64,000 nucleotides of DNA, taken from Clostridia bacterium. Lineage in GTDB: Bacteria > Bacillota > Clostridia > Saccharofermentanales > UBA5734. This document shows, in pieces, positions 42,361-52,463 of this stretch (within the stretch, counting starts at the first letter, position 1; each line of letters opens with the position of its first letter). The translations under genes were made by a program, and so were the position numbers. Location: NCBI GenBank assembly GCA_040772725.1, contig JAXGXR010000002.1, positions 411,570 through 475,569 on the forward strand. The letters are read 5' to 3'. The notes beneath the pieces were generated by a model. It worked only from the letters and a program-made list of their open reading frames with translations, did not search any database and was not told the origin of the DNA.

Positions 42361-43560
42361 ATGGGTAAAGCGTTGATCATCGGAGCTGGCGGAGTGGCCA
42401 GTGTCGTCGTCCACAAGTGTGTCCAGAATCCGGATGTGTTTGAGGAAATCTGCATTGCCAGCCGCACCAAGGCCAAGTGCGATGCCCTGAAAGCTAAATT
42501 GGACGGCGGCCAAACCAAAATCACGACGGCCCAGGTCGATGCTGACCAGACCGGGCAGGTGATCGACCTGATCCGGTCTTTCGGACCGGACATCGTCATC
42601 AACGTCGCGCTGCCTTACCAGGACTTGACGATCATGGACGCTTGCCTGGCGACTGGGGTCGACTATCTCGATACGGCGAACTATGAGCCGCCCGAGGTGC
42701 CCAAATTCGAATACAAGTGGCAGTGGGCGTATCGTGAGCGGTTCGACAAGGCCGGCATCACGGCCATTTTAGGTTGCGGCTTCGATCCGGGCGTCACTTC
42801 GGTCTTCAGCGCGTATGCCTTGAAGCACCACTTTGATCAGATCGACACGATCGACATACTGGATGCCAATGGTGGCGACCACGGCTATCCGTTCGCGACC
42901 AACTTCAACCCGGAGATCAACATCCGCGAAATCACGGCGCCCGGCAGCTACTTCGAAAACGGCGAGTGGCACGAGACCGAGCCGCTTGAGATCAAACGTG
43001 TCTACGACTTCGACCAGATCGGCCCGAAAGACATGTACCTGCTGCACCATGAGGAGATGGAGTCCCTGGCCCTGAACATCCCGGGCGTCAAGCGGATCCG
43101 GTTCTGGATGACCTTCTCCCAGAATTACATCACGCATCTCCGCGTGCTGGAAAATGTCGGCATGACCTCCATCGAGCCGATCGAGGTCAATGGCTGCCAG
43201 ATCCAACCGCTCCAGTTCCTCAAGGCTGTCCTGCCCGACCCGGCCTCACTTGGCCCGCGCACGAAGGGCAAGACCAACATCGGCTGCATCTTCACCGGCT
43301 CCAAGGACGGCCAGCCCAAGACCTACTATGTCTACAACGTATGCGACCATCAGGAGGCTTACCGCGAAGTCGGCTCCCAGGCCATTTCCTACACGACCGG
43401 TGTCCCGGCGATGATCGGGGCCATGATGGTCCTCAAGGGCCTTTGGAAAAAGCCTGGCGTCCACAACGTCGAAGAACTCGATCCGGATCCGTTCATGGAA
43501 CAGTTGAACAAGCAAGGCCTGCCCTGGGTGGAAAATTTCTCGCCCGTGCTGGTTGACTGA
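42361..43560 (+). CDS. carboxynorspermidine/carboxyspermidine dehydrogenase (saccharopine dehydrogenase family)
   Basis: MGKALIIGAGGVASVVVHKC Rossmann start, ~400 aa, immediately upstream of nspC. AGGAG RBS. The 479-aa ORF-track version is an N-extension. Confidence 0.85.
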   Translation: MGKALIIGAGGVASVVVHKCVQNPDVFEEICIASRTKAKCDALKAKLDGGQTKITTAQVDADQTGQVIDLIRSFGPDIVINVALPYQDLTIMDACLATGVDYLDTANYEPPEVPKFEYKWQWAYRERFDKAGITAILGCGFDPGVTSVFSAYALKHHFDQIDTIDILDANGGDHGYPFATNFNPEINIREITAPGSYFENGEWHETEPLEIKRVYDFDQIGPKDMYLLHHEEMESLALNIPGVKRIRFWMTFSQNYITHLRVLENVGMTSIEPIEVNGCQIQPLQFLKAVLPDPASLGPRTKGKTNIGCIFTGSKDGQPKTYYVYNVCDHQEAYREVGSQAISYTTGVPAMIGAMMVLKGLWKKPGVHNVEELDPDPFMEQLNKQGLPWVENFSPVLVD

Positions 43561-43609
43561 CCAGCCCGACGCCAATGTCCCGGACTGAAACATCATCGAA
43601 GGAGTGACT

Positions 43610-44749
43610 ATGGACATCGATTTTTCATCCGTTCCGACCCCTTGCTATGTGGTGGACGAGCGCCTGCTTCGCCGCAACCTGGAAATCCTGGACTCCGTCC
43701 AGAAACGGACCGGATGCAAAATCCTCCTGGCGCTCAAAGGGTTTTCCATGCACGCGGTCTTCCCGTTGGTGGGTGAGTACCTGGCCGGCATCACAGCTAG
43801 CTCGCTATATGAAGCCCGGCTGGGGCATGAGGAGATGGGCAAAGAGGTGCACATCTACGCGCCGGCCTTCGTCGAATCCGAATTCGACGACATCCTGAAA
43901 GTCGCGGACCACATCGTGTTCAACTCCTTCGACCAGTGGGCCCGATACAAGGACCGTGTGAAAAATTATCAGGATCGTCGCATCGAATGCGGCATCCGGA
44001 TCAACCCGGAGTATTCCGAAATCACGACCCCGCTTTACAACCCGTGCTACACCTTCTCCCGCCTTGGCGTGACCCGTGCCAATTTCCGGCCGGACGAGCT
44101 GGACGGGATCGATGGCCTGCATTTCCACACGCTCTGCGAACAGAACGCCGACGCGCTGGCACATACGATTCCGTACATCGACGAGAAGTTCGGCGAATTC
44201 ATCGGCCGCATGAAGTGGCTCAACATGGGCGGCGGTCATCACATCACCCGCCCGGACTATGACATCGAGTCCCTCATTCGATCCATTCGCCATTTCCAGG
44301 ACACGTATGGCGTCGCGGTCTATCTCGAGCCTGGCGAGGCCATCGCCCTCAACACCGGCTTTCTGGTCACCGAGGTGCTCGATATCGTCAACAACGGCAT
44401 GGACATCGCGCTGCTGGACACGTCTGCGGCCTGCCACATGCCGGATGTCATCGAAATGCCCTATCGCCCCGGAATCATCGGCGCCGGCCAGCCGGGCGAA
44501 TTCGCCCACACCTATCGCCTGGGCGGCCTCACCTGCCTGGCCGGGGACGTGATCGGGGACTATTCCTTCCCCGATCCACTCAAGCCCGGCGACCGTCTGG
44601 TTTTTACCGATATGGCTCATTACACGATGGTCAAGAACAACATGTTCAATGGAGTCAACCTGCCGTCCATCGCCCTGAACACGGAAAAGGGCGGCATGAA
44701 GGTGCTTCGTCGCTTCGGCTTTGAGGACTATCGCAACCGTTTGTCGTAA
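43610..44749 (+). CDS. nspC: carboxynorspermidine decarboxylase
   Basis: TPCYVVDERLLRRNLEIL...ALKGF (PLP Lys region), NMGGGHH and CLAGDVIGDY: group IV decarboxylase fold of the NspC type. GAAGGAG RBS. Confidence 0.88.
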   Translation: MDIDFSSVPTPCYVVDERLLRRNLEILDSVQKRTGCKILLALKGFSMHAVFPLVGEYLAGITASSLYEARLGHEEMGKEVHIYAPAFVESEFDDILKVADHIVFNSFDQWARYKDRVKNYQDRRIECGIRINPEYSEITTPLYNPCYTFSRLGVTRANFRPDELDGIDGLHFHTLCEQNADALAHTIPYIDEKFGEFIGRMKWLNMGGGHHITRPDYDIESLIRSIRHFQDTYGVAVYLEPGEAIALNTGFLVTEVLDIVNNGMDIALLDTSAACHMPDVIEMPYRPGIIGAGQPGEFAHTYRLGGLTCLAGDVIGDYSFPDPLKPGDRLVFTDMAHYTMVKNNMFNGVNLPSIALNTEKGGMKVLRRFGFEDYRNRLS

Positions 44750-44810
44750 TATTTCCGACCAAAACAGTAGAATATGACCGAATTAAACTGACAAACCTGT
44801 CAACTAACGA

Positions 44811-44839
44811 TTGAATTCAAGGTTGCCCTCTGTTAATAT
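44811..44839 (+). promoter_or_regulatory. sigma-A-type promoter upstream of ndh2
   Basis: TTGAAT, a 17-nt spacer, then TAATAT, 60 nt upstream of GTG 44900. Confidence 0.45.
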
Positions 44840-44899
44840 ATTTGTTGTCGTTGTCAGAATAAGCGAACGGAATCGTTTGCATCACCATTGGAGGTTCAC

Positions 44900-46825
44900 G
44901 TGGGTAAGAGAATTATCGTCCTGGGCGCGGGTTACGCGGGCGTCTTGACAGCCAAGAAGCTGGCGAAGCGTTTCAAAAAGCAGCCGGATGTCGAGATCAT
45001 GATCATCGACAAGCACCGGTATCACACCATGCTGACCGAACTGCACGAAGTCGCGGCCAATCGCGTCGAGGAAGACAGCATCCGGATCAGCCTGAGCAAG
45101 ATTTTTGCCGGACGAAAAGTCAGGGTCGTCACTGACACGATCCGGTCGATCGATTATGACAAGCAGGTTCTGCAAGGTGACCTTGAAGCCTACCAGTATG
45201 ACTACCTGGTGATGGCCTCCGGCTCGAAACCGGCTTATTACGGCATTCCGGGCGCTGAAAAGAACACCTGGCCCTTGTGGTCCTATGATGACGCGGTCAA
45301 CCTCAAGGCCCACATTTTCTCCATGTTCAGCAAGGCGACCAGTGTGACCGATCCGGTCGTGCGCAAGCAGCTGCTGACTTTCTACATCGCCGGCGCCGGC
45401 TTCACCGGAGTCGAGATGGCCGGTGAACTGGCCGAATGGATCCCGCAGCTTTGCCATCAGTTCGAAGTCGACCCGAAGATGGTCAAGATCGTCGAAGTCG
45501 ATCTGTTGAACCGGGTTGTCCCCATGCTGCCGGAGAAATTGTCCGCAAAAGCCCACAAGCGCCTCGAGAAAATGGGTGTCACCGTTCTTCTCAAGACCGG
45601 AATCGTATCCGTTGGCGAGGATTATATCGAGTACAAGCAGGACGAAGAGGTGATCCGTGACAGCACCTGCACGGTCATCTGGACCGCCGGCACAGAATGC
45701 GCCGATATCGCCAAGGCATCCGCCCAGCTCAAGCCGGTTCGCCGTGGCCGGCTCGAAGTGGACGAGTTCCTTCGCGCCAAAGAGTACAGCAACGTCTATG
45801 TCGCCGGAGACAACATGTTCTATGTCGCGCCCGGCGCGACTGCCCCGCTGCCGCAGATGGTCGAGAACTGCGAGCATTCCGCGTCCACGATCACGAAAAA
45901 CCTGACCGCCGCCGTCACCGGCAAGGGCGAGATGGAGGCCTACAACCCGACCTTCCACGGCGTCATGGTCTGCATCGGCGGCCGCTACGGCGTCGCCAAC
46001 GTCGGAACGCCCAAGAAAATGTTCTCCCTGCCGTCCTTCCTGGCGATGTTCGTCAAGCACTTCATCAACATGATCTACTTCCTGCAGGTTCTGGGCTGGA
46101 ACAAGATCTTCAGTTACATGAAGCACGAGTTCTTCACGATCCGCCATCGCAGAAGCTTTGTCGGCGGCCATTTCTCAAACCGCACCCCCAGCTTCCTGCT
46201 GGTCCCGCTCCGCGTCTTCCTCGGCGTCATCTGGCTGATCGAGGGCATCAAGAAACTGAATGAAGGATGGCTGGATTCACCCAAGCTGGTCACGTTCTTC
46301 CGCGGGGCCAACCAGTTCTTTGACGGCATCCTGAACGGAACAGCCGCCGCGGCCGGCGCGGACGCCGTCGCCAGTGCGACCGGCGGTGCCGGCGCAGTCG
46401 GCGAGGCGCTGATCAACTGGAACATTCTCGGCATTTTCCGCGTGATCCTGGTCTCGGCCGGTGAAGTCGCGGCCAAGCTCCAATTTGTCCTGATGGACTG
46501 GTTTGTCGACAATGTGATCGTCGCCAATGGCAACACCCAGCTCTTCTTCCAGTCGGTGATCGTCATTTCCGAGATCCTGATCGGCCTGGCCCTGATCGGC
46601 GGCTTGTTCACCTTCCTGGCTTCCGCCTACTCGCTGGTCCTGGAAGTCATGTTCGTCATGACGACCGGCCTGTACATGAGCACCTGGTGGATGGCTTTCG
46701 CCGCCATCGCCGTCCTGATCGGCGGCGGTCATGTCTTCGGACTGGATTACTATGTCATACCGGCACTCAAAAAACTCTGGCGGAAAGTACCGCTCGCGCG
46801 CAAGCTCTACATTTACCATGACTGA
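44900..46825 (+). CDS. ndh: type II NADH:quinone oxidoreductase with a C-terminal multi-TM (DoxX-like) domain
   Basis: IIVLGAGYAG and IAGAGFTGVEMAGELA dinucleotide folds and VAGDN. About 220 extra C-terminal residues carry 4 or more hydrophobic helices (LRVFLGVIWLIEGIKKL...). GTG 44900 follows GGAGG. Confidence 0.85.
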   Translation: MGKRIIVLGAGYAGVLTAKKLAKRFKKQPDVEIMIIDKHRYHTMLTELHEVAANRVEEDSIRISLSKIFAGRKVRVVTDTIRSIDYDKQVLQGDLEAYQYDYLVMASGSKPAYYGIPGAEKNTWPLWSYDDAVNLKAHIFSMFSKATSVTDPVVRKQLLTFYIAGAGFTGVEMAGELAEWIPQLCHQFEVDPKMVKIVEVDLLNRVVPMLPEKLSAKAHKRLEKMGVTVLLKTGIVSVGEDYIEYKQDEEVIRDSTCTVIWTAGTECADIAKASAQLKPVRRGRLEVDEFLRAKEYSNVYVAGDNMFYVAPGATAPLPQMVENCEHSASTITKNLTAAVTGKGEMEAYNPTFHGVMVCIGGRYGVANVGTPKKMFSLPSFLAMFVKHFINMIYFLQVLGWNKIFSYMKHEFFTIRHRRSFVGGHFSNRTPSFLLVPLRVFLGVIWLIEGIKKLNEGWLDSPKLVTFFRGANQFFDGILNGTAAAAGADAVASATGGAGAVGEALINWNILGIFRVILVSAGEVAAKLQFVLMDWFVDNVIVANGNTQLFFQSVIVISEILIGLALIGGLFTFLASAYSLVLEVMFVMTTGLYMSTWWMAFAAIAVLIGGGHVFGLDYYVIPALKKLWRKVPLARKLYIYHD

Positions 46826-47825
46826 TGAATCGACGGACAGCATGACAGATTCGCAAAACCAAGACAATCAAAACAAGTTTGACCGTGCAGAAGCGCTTTC
46901 GCAGGTCCAGGCCGTGATGGCCCGGACCCTTCTGCGTTCGGATCCCATCCTGGCTGACCTGATGCAGCACATCACGCAGGAGAACGGCAAGCAGTTCCGG
47001 GCATCTTTACTGCTCGCGGCAGCCGCGGATCACGAAGATCGGGTTTCGGAAGACGCCATCATCGCCGCTGCCGCACTCGAAATCCTCCACCTCGCGACGC
47101 TGGTGCATGACGATGTCATCGATGACGCACCGACCCGTCGAGGCCTGGCCAGCGTGCAGAAGCGTTTCGGTAAAAAGACGGCCGTGATCGGCGGAGACTA
47201 CCTGTTCACGGTCTGCTTCTCCATGATCGCCGGCATATCCTCACGATACCCGGAAAAATTCGTCGAATTTTCCAAGGCGATGTCGGGCATCTGCCTGGGC
47301 GAAATGAGACAGCTGAAACACAATGGCGACACCAGCCTGAAGGTTCCCGGCTATCTGAAGATCATCGCTGGCAAGACGGCCGCGCTGTTTGCGCTGGCCA
47401 TGTTCACCGGGATGATCCTGGGCGGCCGCGATGACAAGGAATCGCGTCTGGTGGCGCGCTTCGGATATTTCATCGGCATGCTGTTCCAACTGGCCGACGA
47501 CTGTCTTGATTATGAGTCCAATGGCGACACATTGAAAAAGTCGGTCAAGCATGACCTGGCTGAAGGCGTCATCACCTTGCCGCTGATCTACGCGTTCGAA
47601 ATGCGTCCAGCCCTGCGGGCCATGGTCCAGGACAAAGTGTTGACTCGGGACGATATCGACCTGATCGCGGCCCAGGTCATCGAGTCGGGTGGTGTCACCC
47701 GGACGAAGTCGCTGGCTGACCGCTACTACGGGAAAGCGAAAAAGCTACTGGAGCGCCTGCCTGATCCGGTCAAACGGGAAAGCCTCGGCAAAATCCTTGA
47801 CCAGATCAAGGAGCGTCACTTCTGA
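46818..47825 (+). CDS. polyprenyl diphosphate synthase (hepta/octaprenyl type)
   Basis: LVHDDVIDDAPTRRG and QLADDCLDY (both DDxxD motifs). The ATG overlaps the ndh stop (ATGACTGA). Confidence 0.88.
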   Translation: MTDESTDSMTDSQNQDNQNKFDRAEALSQVQAVMARTLLRSDPILADLMQHITQENGKQFRASLLLAAAADHEDRVSEDAIIAAAALEILHLATLVHDDVIDDAPTRRGLASVQKRFGKKTAVIGGDYLFTVCFSMIAGISSRYPEKFVEFSKAMSGICLGEMRQLKHNGDTSLKVPGYLKIIAGKTAALFALAMFTGMILGGRDDKESRLVARFGYFIGMLFQLADDCLDYESNGDTLKKSVKHDLAEGVITLPLIYAFEMRPALRAMVQDKVLTRDDIDLIAAQVIESGGVTRTKSLADRYYGKAKKLLERLPDPVKRESLGKILDQIKERHF

Positions 47826-48751
47826 TGCCGCAATCGCTTCTGAACCGCTTCCTGCAATATGTGGAGATCCGGACCAAGATCGCCAGTCTCCTGCCCTTTT
47901 TATTGGGCCTGGCTTACGCCGCGTACGCCTATCCGCCACTCAACGGCTGGCGGACGGGCCTTTTTTTCCTGTCCATGCTGTGTTTTGACATGACGACAAC
48001 GGCCCTGAACAACTATATCGATACCAAGACCAACAACGTGCCGCTTCAGTTCGAACGATCCACAGCGAAGCGGATTCTGCTTGTCATGCTTGCATTGGCG
48101 ATCCTGTTTGGCCTGGGGCTGGTCTTCATCTCCGGCGATGCCGGTATCGTCATCCTGGCTGTCGGCGGTCTCTGTTTCCTGGTCGGAATCCTCTACACGT
48201 TCGGTCCGGCTCCGATTTCACGCATGCCGCTTGGCGAGTTGTTTTCCGGTGTCTTCATGGGCTTTTTCATCCCGTTTCTGGTCGTACTGATCAATGCGCC
48301 AGCGGACAGGCTCGTATTCTACGCCTATGATGCTGGTGTCCTGTCTCTCGGGTTCCGGCTGCCGGATCTGATCCGGCTTGCCATCCTCACGGTCACGCCG
48401 GTCTGCGGCATCGCGAACATCATGCTGGCCAACAACATCTGCGATGTCGAACGGGATGTACGGGTCAACCGGTTCACACTGCCCTACTATATTGGCCAGA
48501 AAAACGCGATCCGGCTGTTTGGCACGTTGTATGCGGCTGCCTACCTATCGGTCGTTGTTTTGGCTGTTTTCAACATTCTGCCCCTGTATGCGCTGATCAC
48601 ACTGGTTACTGCGCCACTTGTTTACAAGAACGTCCGCCGATTCGCGGCCCTTCAGTCCAAAAGCGAGACTTTCCCGCTGAGCGTCGCCAATCTGGTGCTC
48701 TCAACGGTGCCGCTGATCCTGGTGATAACGATCGGGGCATATCTAGGTTGA
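47825..48751 (+). CDS. UbiA-family prenyltransferase (MenA/DmkA-like 1,4-dihydroxy-2-naphthoate prenyltransferase)
   Basis: NNYIDTKTN and NNICDVERD Asp-rich motifs and 8-9 TM helices. The ATG overlaps the upstream TGA. Confidence 0.82.
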   Translation: MPQSLLNRFLQYVEIRTKIASLLPFLLGLAYAAYAYPPLNGWRTGLFFLSMLCFDMTTTALNNYIDTKTNNVPLQFERSTAKRILLVMLALAILFGLGLVFISGDAGIVILAVGGLCFLVGILYTFGPAPISRMPLGELFSGVFMGFFIPFLVVLINAPADRLVFYAYDAGVLSLGFRLPDLIRLAILTVTPVCGIANIMLANNICDVERDVRVNRFTLPYYIGQKNAIRLFGTLYAAAYLSVVVLAVFNILPLYALITLVTAPLVYKNVRRFAALQSKSETFPLSVANLVLSTVPLILVITIGAYLG

Positions 48752-48767
48752 AAACAATCTGAAAAAT

Positions 48768-49799
48768 TTACAAAGAAACAGGCTTTCCTGTTTCAAAACT
48801 TTTCTGGATAGCCAGTGCAACATTTAGCGCAGCTATTCCATCAGTACTGTTTGGTGAGGAAGCGAAGTTTTGAAAAATAACATCGTTTGCAAACGAATCC
48901 AAAGAACCATAAAAGCCCCCAAGATAATAACTTTGCATCTCTAGATAACCAACATCACTATAGTTCGGCTCAAAATACTCAGCAGGTGAAGGAACCTCGA
49001 TGACACTTTGTGTAGTAGCCCCTGTTTCCATTGATAAAGGTGGCTTTTGCCAAAGTGTCTGACGTCCACTATCAACACTAAAGATATTTTGATCTCCTCG
49101 AACTTCTATATATTCACTGCCCTTCGAAGACCATACACCGAGACTGCTTAACAAGAAAATACCAACCGCTCCGTTCTTCATTCGATAGTTCACTGTGAAG
49201 GAAGCTTGGCCTTCAGCCTTTTCGTTTTTGTACGCAAACAATTCCTCATAATCACCGGCCAAAAAACGGGTCAGATCAAACATATGTATAGCACCAACTC
49301 GGAGCATATCCAGTGTTTTCGGTCGATATCCTCCTGCAAATTTAGAATATATTGCAGACACCTTTCCAAATCCTTGTGATTCGATTGCCTCCTTCATGCG
49401 TACATATGCAGGTGCAAAGCGTTTGTTGAAACTGACACGGCAGATCTTGCCTTGCTTGTTCGCAGTTTCCTGAATGTGTTCTGCAACGGCAAGTTCTGTA
49501 CTTATGGGCTTTTCTGTCATCACATGTAAACCGGCATTCAAACACTGTAAAGTCAAGTCACCTTGAACTGCAGGAAAACTAACGACCAGAGCGGCATCAG
49601 CCTTAGCCTTTGAAAGCATTTTTGCAAGATCTGTATAGTATTCAGATAGCGAGAACCGCTTCGCTGTAAATGCTGCTCTTTCTGCATTAAGATCACAGCA
49701 TGCAACAACTTCAATTTTTTCATTGAATTGTGCTGAAGTGTGTAGAATAGATGTAGCCTGTCTCCCGCATCCTACCAAAACCAACCTCATTCTAGTCAT
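48768..49799 (-). CDS. Gfo/Idh/MocA-family oxidoreductase (AT-rich island)
   Basis: MRLVLVGCGRQA Rossmann start and an EKP motif (VMTEKPIS). AT-rich codon usage. Confidence 0.85.
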   Translation of the reverse strand: MTRMRLVLVGCGRQATSILHTSAQFNEKIEVVACCDLNAERAAFTAKRFSLSEYYTDLAKMLSKAKADAALVVSFPAVQGDLTLQCLNAGLHVMTEKPISTELAVAEHIQETANKQGKICRVSFNKRFAPAYVRMKEAIESQGFGKVSAIYSKFAGGYRPKTLDMLRVGAIHMFDLTRFLAGDYEELFAYKNEKAEGQASFTVNYRMKNGAVGIFLLSSLGVWSSKGSEYIEVRGDQNIFSVDSGRQTLWQKPPLSMETGATTQSVIEVPSPAEYFEPNYSDVGYLEMQSYYLGGFYGSLDSFANDVIFQNFASSPNSTDGIAALNVALAIQKSFETGKPVSL

Positions 49800-50964
49800 T
49801 TTGAAACTCCTTTTTTGCTTTGATAGATTTATTTACGAACAATAACATGAGCATTAAAAGATTAAATAGAAAAACAATACTGAAACCTGTCTGCAAATCA
49901 TATGCATCGCTTAGTAATCCTTGAATCCATGGTCCAAACATTTTCCCTAACCCAGACATAGAGAATAATAGACCTAAAGCTAAAGGCGAATTAATTCCCG
50001 TCAATTCAGTGACCGCTGCAACAATTGTTGGGAAAACAATCGAAAAGAATAGTCCGCTGAGAGGAATGAAAACTGCATATGAAGGCGCCAATATGATGCC
50101 CAGCAATACGAATAACAATGAAATTATTGATGAAGATATGATGCTAAGCAGATACCCCACCCTATCAACAAAAAAGCCGCCAATCAATCGTCCAATCATA
50201 ATAGTGATGAAGAAGATCGATAAATATAAACGTGCATTATTAAAAGAAAATATTTTGACCTTGCTCAAGTACTCAACAAGCCAAGTTGCAATGCCAGCTT
50301 CAATGGCACTATAAAAAAACATGACAAACAAATAAATGAAAGCAGCATTGGGTAGTTTTTTGGCATCAGTCATATTGATTCTATTCGATTTCTGGCTTGT
50401 TTCTTTGTAAGGAATCACTATTAAATACATAAAAACAAAAATTACGGGAATGCCGGCAATCAAATAGACATTTCGCCACCTGCTATCCGTTAACAAGATG
50501 AGGCTTGCGAAAAGTGGGGCTGACATCGCGCCGACTCCATAAAAAAAGGTAAGTAGATTCAAAAATTTTCCTCGATTATTTGAATGAATGGAAGCAATTA
50601 TGGACTGTGAACTAAGATTGATTATGCCAGCACTTCCTCCAATCAGAGCCATGCCTGCAAACATGAAATATTTTCCTGTTACAATGGCAAAAAAACCCAT
50701 GGATCCAGCCATGACAGATAGTCCTATTATCAAGGTGCTTTTTCGGCCACCGGCTCCAAATATAAACGAAACAAGTATTACTGAGATTACTGATCCTAAA
50801 TTCGACCATAGTATGAGTGAGCCCCCGATAACATGGCTAAAACTTTGATCCACCAATATTGATGATAGGGTTGACCCCTTCAGGTTATCAACAAACCCAT
50901 AAATTATGAAACAAATAAAATTTGCTATGGTCATCAATTTTATAGTTCTAATGTCCAGTTTCAT
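49792..50964 (-). CDS. MFS transporter
   Basis: 390 aa, ~12 TM helices, and a GRLIGGFFVDRVG loop motif. Confidence 0.85.
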   Translation of the reverse strand: MKLDIRTIKLMTIANFICFIIYGFVDNLKGSTLSSILVDQSFSHVIGGSLILWSNLGSVISVILVSFIFGAGGRKSTLIIGLSVMAGSMGFFAIVTGKYFMFAGMALIGGSAGIINLSSQSIIASIHSNNRGKFLNLLTFFYGVGAMSAPLFASLILLTDSRWRNVYLIAGIPVIFVFMYLIVIPYKETSQKSNRINMTDAKKLPNAAFIYLFVMFFYSAIEAGIATWLVEYLSKVKIFSFNNARLYLSIFFITIMIGRLIGGFFVDRVGYLLSIISSSIISLLFVLLGIILAPSYAVFIPLSGLFFSIVFPTIVAAVTELTGINSPLALGLLFSMSGLGKMFGPWIQGLLSDAYDLQTGFSIVFLFNLLMLMLLFVNKSIKAKKEFQND

Positions 50965-51096
50965 ATTAGCTCCTAAACCCGATTATTAATACTTGTGTCA
51001 ATATAAACAATAATTTTCGATATATTTTTTGCGTATTGTTAATTTTGCACCAATGCTATTGACAGTATATATATTGTGATTATAGTATCGTATATA

Positions 51097-51108
51097 TTAA
51101 ACGTTTTA
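51097..51108. promoter_or_regulatory. candidate LacI-family operator
   Basis: TTAAACGTTTTA (core AAACGTTT is a perfect palindrome) lies between the divergent MFS and lacI-family genes. It is related to the two sites at 52219-52243. Confidence 0.4.
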
Positions 51109-51166
51109 CCTCCTTGCTTAACTCAACATTGACGACAGTATATCATATGAAAGGTTTATGCAATAA

Positions 51167-52207
51167 GTGAAGAATAAAAGGTTGACAATCAAATCGATGG
51201 CTGACGAGTTTGGGGTGTCTACAGCCACAATTTCACATGCATTAAATGGACTCCCAGGCGTTAGTGAAGAATTGAGATCAAGAATTGTTGATTATGCAAA
51301 TAAAAATCATTATATACCAAATACATTTGGCAGAGGGTTGAAAGGAATTGCATTAAAAGTTATTGGAATTGTGATATCTGACATATCAAATGCAAACTAT
51401 TATTGCCAGATTAATGGGATTGAATCAGTTTCTGATCGATTTGGATACAACAACATTTTATGTTCATCAGACGACAATTGGCAAACAGAAGCTGCCAAAA
51501 TCAAGGTATTGATTGAAAAAAACGTCGACGGGATGATTATCGTTCCAACAGAATACCCTGACAAGATAGCCGAAAAAGAACTTTATCAGACATTAGAAGC
51601 AAGTGGGATTCCATTTGTACTCATGAATCGTTTGGTATATGGAAGAAACTATGATCTAGTAAAAACAGACAATTTGATTGGAAGCGAAATGGCAATTAAC
51701 TATCTATTTCAAAAAAACCATAGACGAATCATTCACTTGACGACTGATCAAAACACCTCTACAGTCAATGATCGGGCCGCTGGTTTTTTGGCTGCAATGG
51801 AAAAAAGAACAGGACATGCGATTGAACAAGACGTTTATCGATGCGAAAGACCGACTGTAGACCTTGCATATGAAAAAATGATTCAAATATTAGGGGAAAG
51901 ACAGGATTTCACAGCCGTATTTGCATACAACGATACTGTTGCTTTTGGAGCCATTAAGGCCATATTGTCGATCGGTAAAAGTGTTCCTGATGACATTTCT
52001 GTCATAGGATATGACGACAACGTATTTTCCCCTATCAGTCAAGTTCCTTTAACAACTGTTAGGCAGGATAATTATTACATTGGAGAAAAAGCGGCTGAAA
52101 TTCTGCTTGACAAAATCGAAGGAAGGAGAAAAAAAACAATCAAAATAATCATCAATCCAGAAGGGGTTATCGAAAGAAGTTCTGTAAAGAAACTGGATAT
52201 TGTTTGA
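51167..52207 (+). CDS. LacI-family transcriptional regulator
   Basis: N-terminal HTH TIKSMADEFGVSTATISHALNG plus a periplasmic-binding-protein-type sugar-binding core. GTG start. Confidence 0.9.
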   Translation: MKNKRLTIKSMADEFGVSTATISHALNGLPGVSEELRSRIVDYANKNHYIPNTFGRGLKGIALKVIGIVISDISNANYYCQINGIESVSDRFGYNNILCSSDDNWQTEAAKIKVLIEKNVDGMIIVPTEYPDKIAEKELYQTLEASGIPFVLMNRLVYGRNYDLVKTDNLIGSEMAINYLFQKNHRRIIHLTTDQNTSTVNDRAAGFLAAMEKRTGHAIEQDVYRCERPTVDLAYEKMIQILGERQDFTAVFAYNDTVAFGAIKAILSIGKSVPDDISVIGYDDNVFSPISQVPLTTVRQDNYYIGEKAAEILLDKIEGRRKKTIKIIINPEGVIERSSVKKLDIV

Positions 52208-52218
52208 TTGCTGGCCAG

Positions 52219-52243
52219 TTAAACGTATAAGTTAAACGTATAA
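52219..52243. promoter_or_regulatory. two tandem pseudo-palindromic sites (candidate LacI-family operators) upstream of tctC
   Basis: TTAAACGTATAA-G-TTAAACGTATAA. Each 12-mer is self-complementary at 10 of 12 positions around a central CG. Confidence 0.45.
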
Positions 52244-52463
52244 GAAAGGGGAAATGTTATAGAAAAATTGTTAGTTCCACGTTCATTATTCTTAAGTTCT
52301 ATCAGAAGACCTCCGGAAAATGTTTGGCACGTTATCGAAAGGACAAACTTCACGGATGTCAAAAACCAGTCAACCTTCCCCAACCATTTTGTTATGCATT
52401 CATTCGAGAACTACAGTAGTAAAGGACAAGTCAAACAAACCACACATTTTGGAGGATCAGTGA

